Assembly (NCBI GenBank): GCA_951406725.2
Contig: OX597832.1
Location: forward strand, 67,518,001 to 67,582,000
Source of the DNA: Octopus vulgaris
Lineage: Eukaryota
Direction: 5' to 3'
DNA: 64,000 nt
A program made the position numbers and the translations under genes. The notes under the pieces are model-generated. The model searched no databases. It was not told where the DNA came from and saw only the letters and a program-made list of their open reading frames with translations. Of this stretch, positions 52,325 through 64,000 are shown one piece after another (within the stretch, counting starts at the first letter, position 1; each line of letters starts with the position of its first letter).

Positions 52325-52713
52325 GAATAGGGATAACATCATCATCCGCGAGAGCAATGTCACATAAACCTTTTCAGTCTCACTCACACACACAGGCAAA
52401 TACATACATACTTACATATACACATACATATATACATGATGGCCGTCCACTCGTGATCATTGGAAGACCATCGGTGCCCTTCAGGAACATTGTGCGCTCT
52501 AGGCTCCGTTGGTGGTTGAAGAGCCCTGCTCTTGATAAGAATACACAAGTGCAAACATTGCAAACCAAGCTTTCTCCATTCACTATGTATATATATATAT
52601 ATATATATACATCCATAGATTGATAGATAGATAGGTGTATAGCTATGTACCTATATGCATGTCTGTATATAAATATGTGTCTAGGCATGCACGAATGTCT
52701 GTGCGCGCGCGCG

Positions 52714-52775
<62 letters not shown>

Positions 52776-53054
52776 ACAGAAATATAGATTTCAAATTTTG
52801 ACACAAGAGCAGACATTTCGCGGGAGGGGTTAAGTCGATCATATTTACCCCAATATTGAACTGATACTTATTTTATGGAGCCGGACAAGATAATGGGCAA
52901 TGTGTATCGCGACAGCATTTGAATAGGGATAACATCAACATCCGCGAGAGCAATGTCACATAAACCTTTTCAGTCTCACTCACACACACAGGCAAATACA
53001 TACATACTTACATATACACATACATATACATGATGGCCGTCCACTCGTGATCAT
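52325..53054. repeat. ~135-bp near-identical direct duplication (52325-52460 and 52921-53054)
   Basis: Direct comparison shows one substitution and a 2-bp indel. Confidence 0.9.
52436..52580 (-). mobile_element. RTE 3' end fragment
   Basis: Minus strand LVCNVCTCVFLSRAGLFNHQRS zinc finger followed by GATCACGAGTGGACGGCCATCAT tail. Confidence 0.65.
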
Positions 53055-53074
53055 AAAGAGATATTTGCCTGTAC

Positions 53075-53400
53075 GTGTGTTTGTGCTTGTGTGTGTGTGT
53101 GTTTGTGCGTGTGCGTGTTTGTGTGTTGTGTGTGTGTTTGTGTTTTTGCGTGTGTGTGTGTATTTGTGTCTTTGTGCTTGTGTTTATGTCTGTGTGTGTC
53201 TGTGTTTTTGTGTCTGTGTGTGTGTTTGTGTGTGTCTGTGTTTGTGTGCGTTTGTTTTTGTGCGCGCGTGTGTTTTTGTGTGTGTATTTGTGTTTGTATG
53301 TGTGTGTATTTGTGTGTGTGTGTGTTTGCGATTGTGTGTGTGTGTGCGCATGTGTGTGTGTGTGTGTGTGTGTATGTGTTTGTCTGAGTATGTTTGTCTG
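53075..53400. repeat. Degenerate (TG)n tract
   Basis: Directly visible. Confidence 0.9.
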
Positions 53401-53734
53401 CGAGTTTGTATGTATATCAATGTCACTCCCACAACACTAGGAAAGAAAGTAACCTTTCAGAAACACGATATATATATATTTTTTCAATCTACATTTTTAT
53501 CTGAAATTCTTAAAAAAAACACAAACGTTGTCATTTTTTAAAGGTAGATTTATTCGTAGTTGAATGTTATGCAGAAAATGTGATGACAGTTTGACGATGT
53601 TTTTTGAACAGGTAGTAAACGACAGTTTAAGAGATAACATTTTTTATATATTTTTCTGGTGGAATAAAAACAACCTTATACACAATATATGAATAATCAT
53701 AAAACATTAAAACAATAAGGTATAGCCATTTATT

Positions 53735-54670
<936 letters not shown>

Positions 54671-56915
54671 TGTATCTCTTACTCTGCATATTCTTTTTTT
54701 AACGCACCTACTTTCTAAAAACTGTTTATTTGCCTAATACTGAAATTGATTTATATAAACATTCATGGTGCATTTTGCAGTCACTTAAAAAGGATTTTAA
54801 TGTTTTCTCACGTGCGATTCTATAATCTAGAAAGTTATATTGCCGCTGCGAGAATATATGTTGCTGAATAAACAGCCGTTACTTTATAATACCCAAAATA
54901 AAATCTGTATTTGTCTTTTTCCTTTTATTATTTCCAAATTTTATATCGACATTACTTACGTAGAATTCCTCATTTTCACAATCTTTTTCAAAAGATTTGG
55001 TACGAGGATCTAACATCTAATTGCCTACTAATATCTACACATATATAACAATATAAAATTGTTTTTCAATACTGTGTACACTTATAAATTTAATGCTAAT
55101 TGATTGTTGATATTTATTCACATTCAGAAGCTTGTAGATATTTATTCACATCGAGGAGGTGGCTGAAATCTTTGCACACCGGACAAAATGCATGGCGACA
55201 TTTCACCTTATTTTGTGTTATGAGTTCAAATACCGTTGATGTTGGCTTTCTCACTTACCAAAAATGGAGAGGGTAAAATTTGTGAAGAGACACATCAAAT
55301 TTCTAGTTGATACCGCAGTAAAATTAGAATAGCAGTGAGGAATAAGAACTTGACAATATTTATTGTTTCTATACTTGTCCCCATTTTAGAGAGTACAAGA
55401 ATGTTACGCCCGTCATCAGACATATCACTTCAAATAAGTAACGTACTTCGCTTTGGTTTTATTTTGTCTTATCGAGTGAAGAACACCTGTACTTAACTCT
55501 TACCGAACACTATTTAATGATGCGGTGACAATCTATTCGTAAATTATATTCATATCTTTATATTATATTATATATTTATATTACATCTTTTAACATCTTC
55601 AAAGTTTTTTCTTTTCGTAGATGTCAAGCCCGGTATTTAATGTCCTAAATATGGTTCTTATTATGTCGGTATGTTCGTGAATATCCAACTTAGAGAGACA
55701 TGAATAAAGCGGTCAAAGATTAAAGCGACCAGGAGGACGAGCGCGCGCACACGCACACACACATATAGATAGATAAAATGAGAGATAAAGAGACAGATAT
55801 ATTGAATGATAAAAAAAGCTAGATGAATAGATAAATAGTTAGAGAGATAGACAGATACAGAGATATACACGCATACACACACAGTGACGTATACATACAT
55901 GAATGGACATATATATATATATATTAGTGTTACGGTCTTATGTTATGATATACGAGGTACTTGACATTGTCAAGCGGTGATGTAAGACAAACACAAACAC
56001 ACTCTCGCGGACACGCAGAAGCATATGTTTATTCATATACATATACCTGTAAGGTGGGCTATTTTTCGTTTCCGCCAGCGCAAGCTGCTCATAAGATATT
56101 TGTCGACCCGACGGTATAGTAGTAATGGAAGAGACTTCCTCAAAGTGCCCCGTAATGGGATTGAACACGTAGCCATATACTTGGGAAGAAATGTACTCAC
56201 CATACAACGCCTATATACAGGTATAGGAAACAGCAACCATCAAATAAAAGCTAATAAAATGCGATACGAGAGCAATTAGCTCTAGATTCTGCATACAAGA
56301 TTTACAGAAACATCGTATTTATTACAACATCAATGCTTGTTTCGGTAGACATTTTCATTGTTTCGTTGTTCTACATTTGATGTGTGTCAATTAATTTCGC
56401 TGACTATTACGCACAAATAGGAAAATTAACATTATTGAATCTGGTTCTTTCGAGAATACCTCTTAGATATAACATAAATGCGATACAATGATGCACTGGA
56501 TCAACGGAATTATCACAAGCATGGATTCATTGAAATAAATAATAACGGACAAACTTGCAACAAGTCACGTTTAGAAGTACACGCTTAAATGGGCGGGTCA
56601 ATCATCATCATCGAATGAAGTGGTAGAAATAAATTCGACCATTTGTTGTTGGGTGAGGATTTTCGAAAAGGTAAGATTGGTGTTTGAATCTCGAACTCCG
56701 CCTTTCCATAGTTCATAGGTTTTGATTTGCTAAGACTACATGCAACTTGGTTATGCAATTTGTATAACTTTCAGAGAGTACTCTGCAATATGCCAGATAT
56801 TCATTTTGCATAAACACAGCTAAACAGGTTCATCTTAAACTGATTAAATATGTGAGTGGGTGGTTGCGCCCGCGCGTGTACGTACATACTGATACCTACA
56901 TATAATATAAAACAT

Positions 56916-57531
56916 ACGTTTACTATAGATTTCCGGTCACGCCTGCGCAATGACATACTGAAATAGGCTGGAGCTAGCTGCAACATACATAAGTGCATGT
57001 GCCCCATCGAATCACTTTTCTCATAACTTTCAGGAAAATAGCTATTTTTTTAATGAAATTTTCTACAAATACGCCTCACATGGTGTTGATTCCGATTATA
57101 TCAGAATATTTTTTTCCAAACTGATGTGATGTGCTTCTGTATATATGAGTGATATTCCACCAGTTTTTATTTTCATATTGAATCCCGATCTATTCATGAT
57201 CTATTCACTCTGGAAGGTATTTGTTAAAACATTATTTCAAAAATAACCATTATTCCTTGAGTTACGAGGGATAAAATCTCACTTGTGTGAATTTTCTGAG
57301 ATTTTCCTCGTCACTCTCTCATAAAAAGAATTTTCACAACAATTTCAGATAAACTTGGAGTGTACACCATCAAAAGCACATTTGTAGAAAATGCCATTAA
57401 AAGTATCGATTTTTCTTGAAGGTATCAAGAAAGAAATTCGTTGGGGCACTTGTATATACGTAAGCTGCAGCTAGCTTCGACCGGTTACAGAATGTCATAG
57501 CTCATGCGTTACCAGAAGAACATGTAAACGT
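56916..57531. mobile_element. Old foldback/MITE with ~175-bp diverged inverted arms
   Basis: Blocks such as TGACAT, AGCTAGCTGCA, GTGCCCCA.CGAAT and ATTTTCTACAAAT in 56916-57092 recur as reverse complements in 57355-57531. Confidence 0.7.
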
Positions 57532-58474
57532 GTTCTCTTTTCAAAAATAATGATCGTCAATTATAATCTTTGATACTTGGTAAAGCAATGGCTATACATA
57601 CACAAACAAGTCCCTTCGAGATCAAATTCCGCCGAGGTCACCTTTCTTATCTTTTCGGTATGTGAAATTTGGTTTATTGGGCAGATGGTATGAAGCAGAT
57701 CAACAATGGGGCTTTGCATTCCTGTGCGATCAGAGAACAAAAGAAGCATCGCATGCTTCCGGTCAGCAGAGGTCAAATGTGTTCATTACTACTAGCGATC
57801 AATGGGCCCGCTGACCTTGGCCTTGGAAAGAACTGATTAACTTTGTATTAATAACCAATAGAAAAATAATTATATATATATATATTTACATCTTTGATTT
57901 TGAATAAAACAATTTTTTGAATATTTTTTTTTCTTTTCTGTTTTGATGCGGATTTCGTAATAATGTAGGTTGTATATATTGGCAGGTGCTTATGTCCTTA
58001 ATTTTTACCGTGCGTTTAATAATGTTGTTGTAATAAAAGGTATGTTTGCATATCCGAGCAGCTAGGGAGAAAAGAAGCCTAAAATTTTCACAGAAAATTG
58101 ATGATACTAAGAATTTAAAATTTTCTGAAGATAATTGATTGTGAGTCTGACCAGAGAAACTGTAGTGTTCTTGCAAGAAAAGGATGTTTATATTTTCGCA
58201 GAGAGAAGGAAAAGGATAGATATTCACAGAAGTTGTAGATATTAAAGTTTTAGTTTTTAAAGATGGTCGTTTGTGAGTCCAACCAGAGAAAATTTGAGAT
58301 ATGTAAGTTTAAAAACTTATTTTGAGGGAAATTTAATATAGACGCAGGACATTCTAGATGTTCCAGGTTTGAGAGTTATTATATATTGTTCTTCCGGGTT
58401 CGGCAGTTGACTGGTCAGAGCAGAGAACACGTCATGTTCTTCTTTTTCTTCCTTTTCTTCTTCTTCTTCTTCTT

Positions 58475-58561
<87 letters not shown>

Positions 58562-58564
<3 letters not shown>

Positions 58565-61500
58565 TAGTTTTATTTTTATAGCGTACTTTCACTTCACTAC
58601 CGAGCGCAGCTCTGTGTGCCTTGGGTATGTGCTGTGATTTGTTGTGATGTTCTGATGGTTATTGTATGGAAAGTGTTCTGCGTACGATGTGTGCAGTGCC
58701 TAGTAGTGCAATTTTCTGTATGTTATATGTGTTTGTAAGTCCTGGTGTTTTTGTTATGTATTTGTCTGAATATTTTTTTATCATGCCTAATGCACCTACT
58801 ATGATAGGAATTGTTTCTGTTTTCAGATTCCACATTCTAGTTACCTCTATTTCCAGGTCTTTGTATTTTGAGAGTTTCTCCATTTCTTTTAGAGACACGT
58901 TGTCATCAGCCGGTATTGATACATCAATTAGAAAGCATTTTTTTCTTCATGATCTCTGACAACTATATCTGGTCTGTTGGCCTTAATTTCTCTATCTGTG
59001 TGTATCGGCATATCCCAGAGTATGGTTGCTTTCTCGTTTTCTGTGACCTTTTCTGGTGTGTGCCTATACCATCTTTTTTCTGTTGTTATTCCATAATGTT
59101 GGCATAGCTTCCAATGTATGTAGGTTCCAACTCTGTCATGTCTGTGAATATATTCCTTCTTAGCCAGGACTGGGCAGCTAGTGATAATATGATTTATTGT
59201 TTCTTGTCCATCTCCACATATTCTGCAGTTACTTGTAATATTTCTTTTCATTACATGTTTTTGGTAATTTCTGGTGGGGAGGCTTTGGTCTTGTGCTTGC
59301 AATTAAAAATCCCTCTGTCTCTGCTTTGAGTCCTGAGCTTCTCAACCATTGCTGGGATTTTTCTTTGTCTATTTCTTTTGCGTTTAGTTTAGTCCAGTAT
59401 TTACCATGAAGAGGATTTTCTTGCCATCGTTTTATCATGGTTCGTTGCTGTTCTATTTTTAGTTTGGATTTCATTTGTTTTATAGCTTTTGTTGTTTCTT
59501 CATCTTCTTCTTCTTCTTCATGTTTATTAGGTGGTATGATTTCTTGTTTGTATTTGTCAGCCTCCTTAAATACTGAGAACAGTTTTTTGTTTTGCTCGTG
59601 TTTTGCCGCTATCTGGATCAGTTTTCCTTCCTTCTGAAGTAGATATTTTTGCAGTCCTATGGTGGTTATTTTATAGTAGTTTTCCAGCTGTATAAGGCCT
59701 CTACCACCTTCTATACGTTGTATATATAGTCTTTCTATGTCAGATTTTGGGTGATGCATCCTAGATCCTGTCATTATTTTTCTTGTTTTCCTATCTATTT
59801 TGGTCAGTTCATTTCGTGTCCAGTTAAGGATATTGTAGCTGTAACTTATAACTGGGACGGATAAAGCGTTGATACCTATTATCTTGTTTTTAGCACTGAG
59901 CTCTGTGTTTAGTATTGTTCTAACTCGTCTATAATATTCTTTTTTTATTTTCTCTTTCATTTGTGTGTGTTGTGTCTTATCTAGTTCATGGATTCCTAAA
60001 TATTTGTAAGTTTGGCTTTGGTCTAATTCTTTTATTTCATTGGTTTTATCTAGTGTGATGTTATTACTCTTAACTAGTTTTCCTCTTTTCATGGTTATTT
60101 GGCGCATTTTTCGAATCCAAATTTCATATCTATTTCTTTGGTAAATCCATGAACTGTCTTTAATAGTGTTTCCAGCTGTTTGTCATTTGCAGCGTATAGT
60201 TTTAGGTCATCCATATATAAAAGGTGGCTGATCGTTTTGCCGTAACATTTATATCCGCATCCAGTTCTATTTAGCATATCAGATAGAGGTGACAGTGCCA
60301 AGCAGAAAAGGAGTGGAGAGAGCGTGTCTCCCTGGAATATTCCTCTTCTAATGGGGATGTCTTTGGTTTTCATGAGTCCCTCTTTTGTTTGGAGGTGTAG
60401 GACTGTTTGCCATTTATTCATAGAGTGCTCTATGAATTTTATGATTGTTGGTGCTACTTTGTTAATGGCTAGTGTTTCGAGGATCCATGTGTGGGGGATG
60501 CTATCAAACGCCTTTTTGTAGTCAAACCAGGCCATACTGAGGCCTTTCTTCTTTCTGTGGCTGTCTTCAGTTACGGCTTTATTAATCATTAGTTGATCTT
60601 CACAGCCATATGAGCCTTTGTGGCATCCTTTCTGCTCTTCTGGGAACAGTTTGTTTTCGTCCAGGTGCTTGTTCAGCCTTTGTGATATCACTGCAGTAAA
60701 TGCCTTGAACATTGTTGGGAGGCAGGTTATTGGTCTGTAGTTTTCTGGTTTTTCTGTTTCATTTGATTTGGGAATTAAGATGGTTTTCCCCTTCGTGAGC
60801 CATTCAGGCATTGTCTCTGGCTCTGCTAGTACGTTGTTAAAGTTTTCAGCCAGCTTTTTGTGCATTCCTGTTAGATATTTCAACCAGAAGTTGGGGATCT
60901 TGTCATGCCCAGGTGCCTTCCAATTGCTTAGTCTTTGCAGTGCCTGGGTGACCTCTTCAGTTGTTATGGGGGTCCAAAGTTGTTCAGATGACGAGTTCGT
61001 TATATTGATACTCCTTTTTTTGGTGGTTCGTTCGCCGACCATATTTCTCTCCAGAATTCTTCCAATTCTTCTGCCGTTGGTGCTGCAGTGACTTCTATTT
61101 TATTTTTTCCCAGTTCTTGGTAGAACTTTTTGGGGTTGGAGTTGAACTTTTTGTTCTGTTCAAAGAAGCGTTGGCGTTTCTCGTACCGGCGGATCCTTTG
61201 TGCTTTGGCAAGGATATCTTGCTTCAGCTTTTCTTTTATTTCAGGCAAATCTTTCTCTGTGATGTTATATTTGCGGAGTATTTTTGTTCTCTTTTTGTTG
61301 CTCAGTAGCGTTGATTGTTTGCTGATTTCATTAAGAATCGACAGGTCTTTTCTAATTTTTTTAATTTTGTTTTGGATGTTATTTATCCACAGGGTTTGTT
61401 TGGGTGGTGGTACTCCTGTTTGGGCGGGTTTGGGTGAGTATCCAGGATCTTTTGTGGCTGCAGTGGCTGCTGCGTATATTAAGTCATTTAGCTCAGTGAT

Positions 61501-61646
61501 ATCACTTTTTTTTTATTCAGTGGCTATCAGTTCAGTGACGGCTAGGTTTATGCTGTTTATAATAGGTGTTGTTATTTCGTTTATTTTGATTCTTGGGAGG
61601 TATGGTCGGTGGTCCATTTTGAGCTCTGAGGTTTTCAGTTCTTTGA
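58562..61646 (-). mobile_element. 5'-truncated R4/Dong-like LINE inserted in (TAA)n
   Basis: NWKAPGHD, NYRPITCL, WFDYKKAFDSIPH, GIFQGDTLSPLLF, HLLYMDD, CRIC...HIITSC, RPDIVV, EKLSKYKDL. (TTA)n on both flanks; about four frameshifts. Confidence 0.95.
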
Positions 61647-61688
<42 letters not shown>

Positions 61689-62151
61689 GAGTGAGAGAGC
61701 AGTGCATGCCATCAAAGTGACACTGGGGTAAAATATACGAAGCCCAATATACCCATCATGACTACCCGTCTGATAAGGGTACACCAGGCACATGCATCAC
61801 AACCATATGTGCGCGACATGGTGATCTCATATCAAGATATGACCTTGCAGGTGGGGCCCAGTTAGAATTTTCTTCAGGTTGAGTAGCCCATCCCGCTCAA
61901 AAGGTCCCTGAATAAGGGTTGTTTAAGGATGTTGAAAGAACCGCCCTTGTTTCCAGAGGTGAATTATTCAAACCCCAAAGAATCCCTCTCAACACATGGC
62001 TATGATACTCCCCCACTACTTCTGCTCGTGATCAGAGATGCACATATCGTCAGCCACTAAGGGACATGCTCAACTGGTTAAGGTCAAACAACTGACAAGC
62101 AAATCTGTGGTATTGAGCAGAATATTTGCTGTAGCCCATCTTTTATACCAA
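61689..62151 (-). mobile_element. ~470-bp non-coding retroposon-like unit with (TAA)n tail, copy 1
   Basis: Closely similar to 62239-62738; tail at 61647-61688. Confidence 0.8.
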
Positions 62152-62153
62152 CA

Positions 62154-62228
<75 letters not shown>

Positions 62229-62238
62229 CATTATTATT

Positions 62239-62738
62239 GATTAAGAGAGAGCAGTGCATGCCATCAAAGTGACACTGGGGTAAAATATATGAAGCCCAGT
62301 ATACTCATCGTGAATACCCGTCTGATTAGAGTACACCAGGCACATGCATCACAACCATATGTGCGCAATATGGTGATCTCATATGAAGATAAACAGTGCA
62401 TGACCTTGCAGGTGGGGGCCCAGTTAGAATTTTCTTCTGGTTGAGTAAGCCCATCCTGCTCAAAAGATCCCTGAATAAGGGTTGTTTAAGGATGTTGAAC
62501 GAACCACCCATGCTTCTAGAGGTGAATTATCCAAACCCCAAAGAATCCCTCTCAACACACAGCTATGATGCTCCCCCACTACTTCTGCTCGTGATCAGAG
62601 ATGCACATATCGTCAGCCACTTAGGGACATGCTCAACTGGTTAAGGTCACAGAACTGACAAGCAAATCTGTGGAATTGAGCAGAATATTTGCTGTAGGCC
62701 ATCTTTTATTCCAAGACAAAACAATGTCCATGATAACA
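62239..62738 (-). mobile_element. ~500-bp non-coding retroposon-like unit with (TAA)n tail, copy 2
   Basis: Tail at 62156-62238. Confidence 0.8.
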
Positions 62739-62739
62739 T

Positions 62740-62990
62740 GACTTAGTGGTTAGGGTGTTGTACTCATGAATGCGAGATCATGGGTTCGATTCCCAGACCG
62801 GGCGTTGTGTTGCGTTCTTGAGCAAAGCACTTCATTTCACGCTGCTCTGTAATCATTTCGTCAATTGACATGTGGCACCCAGTTGCACCTGTACAGGTAA
62901 TGTCAATTTGATGGAAGGAGTGAGTTTATCTCTACACAAACATTTGATCAGTATAAACAAATCATCTATGTGGTTGTTCAGTAAGAAATT
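62740..62990 (+). mobile_element. tRNA-derived SINE, head partly overwritten
   Basis: TAGTGGTTAGGG A-box-like and GGTTCGATTCC B-box motifs, then TTCTTGAGCAAAGCACTT. Confidence 0.7.
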
Positions 62991-63104
62991 GTTGCGCCCT
63001 CATACGTTGTTTAACGAGAGTCCTTCATATAAATATATATATATATATATATACACATACATACACACATACACATACACAGAGAAGAAATGTGCAAGTG
63101 TACA

Positions 63105-63505
63105 GAGTGAGACTAAAGGAGTGCTGAGTGGGGATAGAGGAGTGCTGAGTGAAGTTAAAAGAGTGCTGAGTGAAGCTAGAGGAGTGCTGAGCGAAGGTGG
63201 AGGATAGTTGAGCGAGGCTGGAAGATAGTTGAGCGAGGCTGGAGGAGGATTGAGTGACGCAAGAGGAGAGTTGAATAGGTGTGCAGGACTACAGAATGGC
63301 TGAGTGAGGCAAGAAAAGTTTTTGAGTAAAGCTAGAGAATAGGTGTGCAGAGTGGGGCCAGAGATGAGAAGAGATGACCAGATATGAGTGAAAGTTGAGA
63401 AGAGGTGTGCAAGAGTAAAGAGTGATGCTGAAGAGGCATATGAAACTAAGAAAACATGAGTGAAACTAGGAGTGTTGAGTGAAGCTAGAGGAGTGCTGAG
63501 TGACA
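63105..63505. repeat. 21-bp minisatellite (consensus ~GTGCTGAGTGAAGCTAGAGGA)
   Basis: 21-bp periodicity, decaying in the middle. Confidence 0.8.
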
Positions 63506-63510
63506 CGAAA

Positions 63511-63562
<52 letters not shown>

Positions 63563-63639
63563 CTTTTTTGTGACAAATAAATGAAATCATTACCATTATT
63601 ATTATAAATTATGTTCCTTTATCACAGGGTTTTGTTGGT

Positions 63640-63970
63640 GCTCCTGAAGTTTTTCATGCGTAGCGGGCTTCCTTCCTTTTCAGCTATCTCATACTTTCCT
63701 GATTATTCTGGCCGTGCCAAGGAGGCAAACCTTTTGTAACAGTTCTACTGGATACTTTATTCCAATTTCCTTTCTATACCTCTTGATGGCTTCTGATACT
63801 ATTCCCAATGACTCACCCATCATTGGCACCGTCTTCATCTTTTTTATTTTCCATAGCCGGGCTATTTCGTACTTAAGAGGGTTGTATCTGTCTAGTTTCA
63901 CGTCTTCCTTCTTAACTATTCGTGGGTCAAAGGAGCTTGCAGCATCAGCTATATAGCACACGTGGTGCAT
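63640..63970 (-). mobile_element. R4/Dong-like LINE 3' (RLE) fragment
   Basis: CYIADAASSFDPRIVKKEDVKLDRYNPLKYEIARLW...LLQKVCLLGTARIIRKV; (TTA)n at 63515-63557. Confidence 0.8.
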
Positions 63971-64000
63971 TTGTTCACCACCGCTAAGTTCGTTCTGTTA

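Noticed and set aside
55395-55430. Hammerhead-like CTGATGA-CGGGC-GTAAC on the minus strand
   Set aside because: The GAAA core is broken and the stems are unconvincing.
63105-63505. CRISPR-like array
   Set aside because: Contiguous 21-bp tandem units without unique spacers, in eukaryotic DNA with no cas genes.

Overview
AT-rich, repeat-dense eukaryotic genomic DNA that reads as intronic or intergenic. The SINE families and microsatellite load look like coleoid cephalopod (Octopus-like) DNA; this is pattern-recognition inference, not verified. No host protein-coding gene can be called with confidence, and most tracked ORFs are microsatellite artefacts. Recognisable elements: LINEs (two RTE copies, CR1 fragments, R4/Dong-like copies inserted in (TAA)n, and a Hero/NeSL-like RLE element), a full-length 1286-bp mariner, a long-IR Tc1, non-autonomous Helitrons and MITEs, tRNA-derived SINEs, a pair of short LTR-like units, and several Penelope-type remnants carrying type I hammerhead ribozyme motifs. 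The most unusual item is the Hero-like non-LTR retrotransposon at 22110-26216 (minus strand). It is bracketed by ~253-bp LTR-like direct repeats containing a TATA/Inr-like arrangement and has hammerhead-like motifs in its 5' leader. All identities and coordinates were read by eye.
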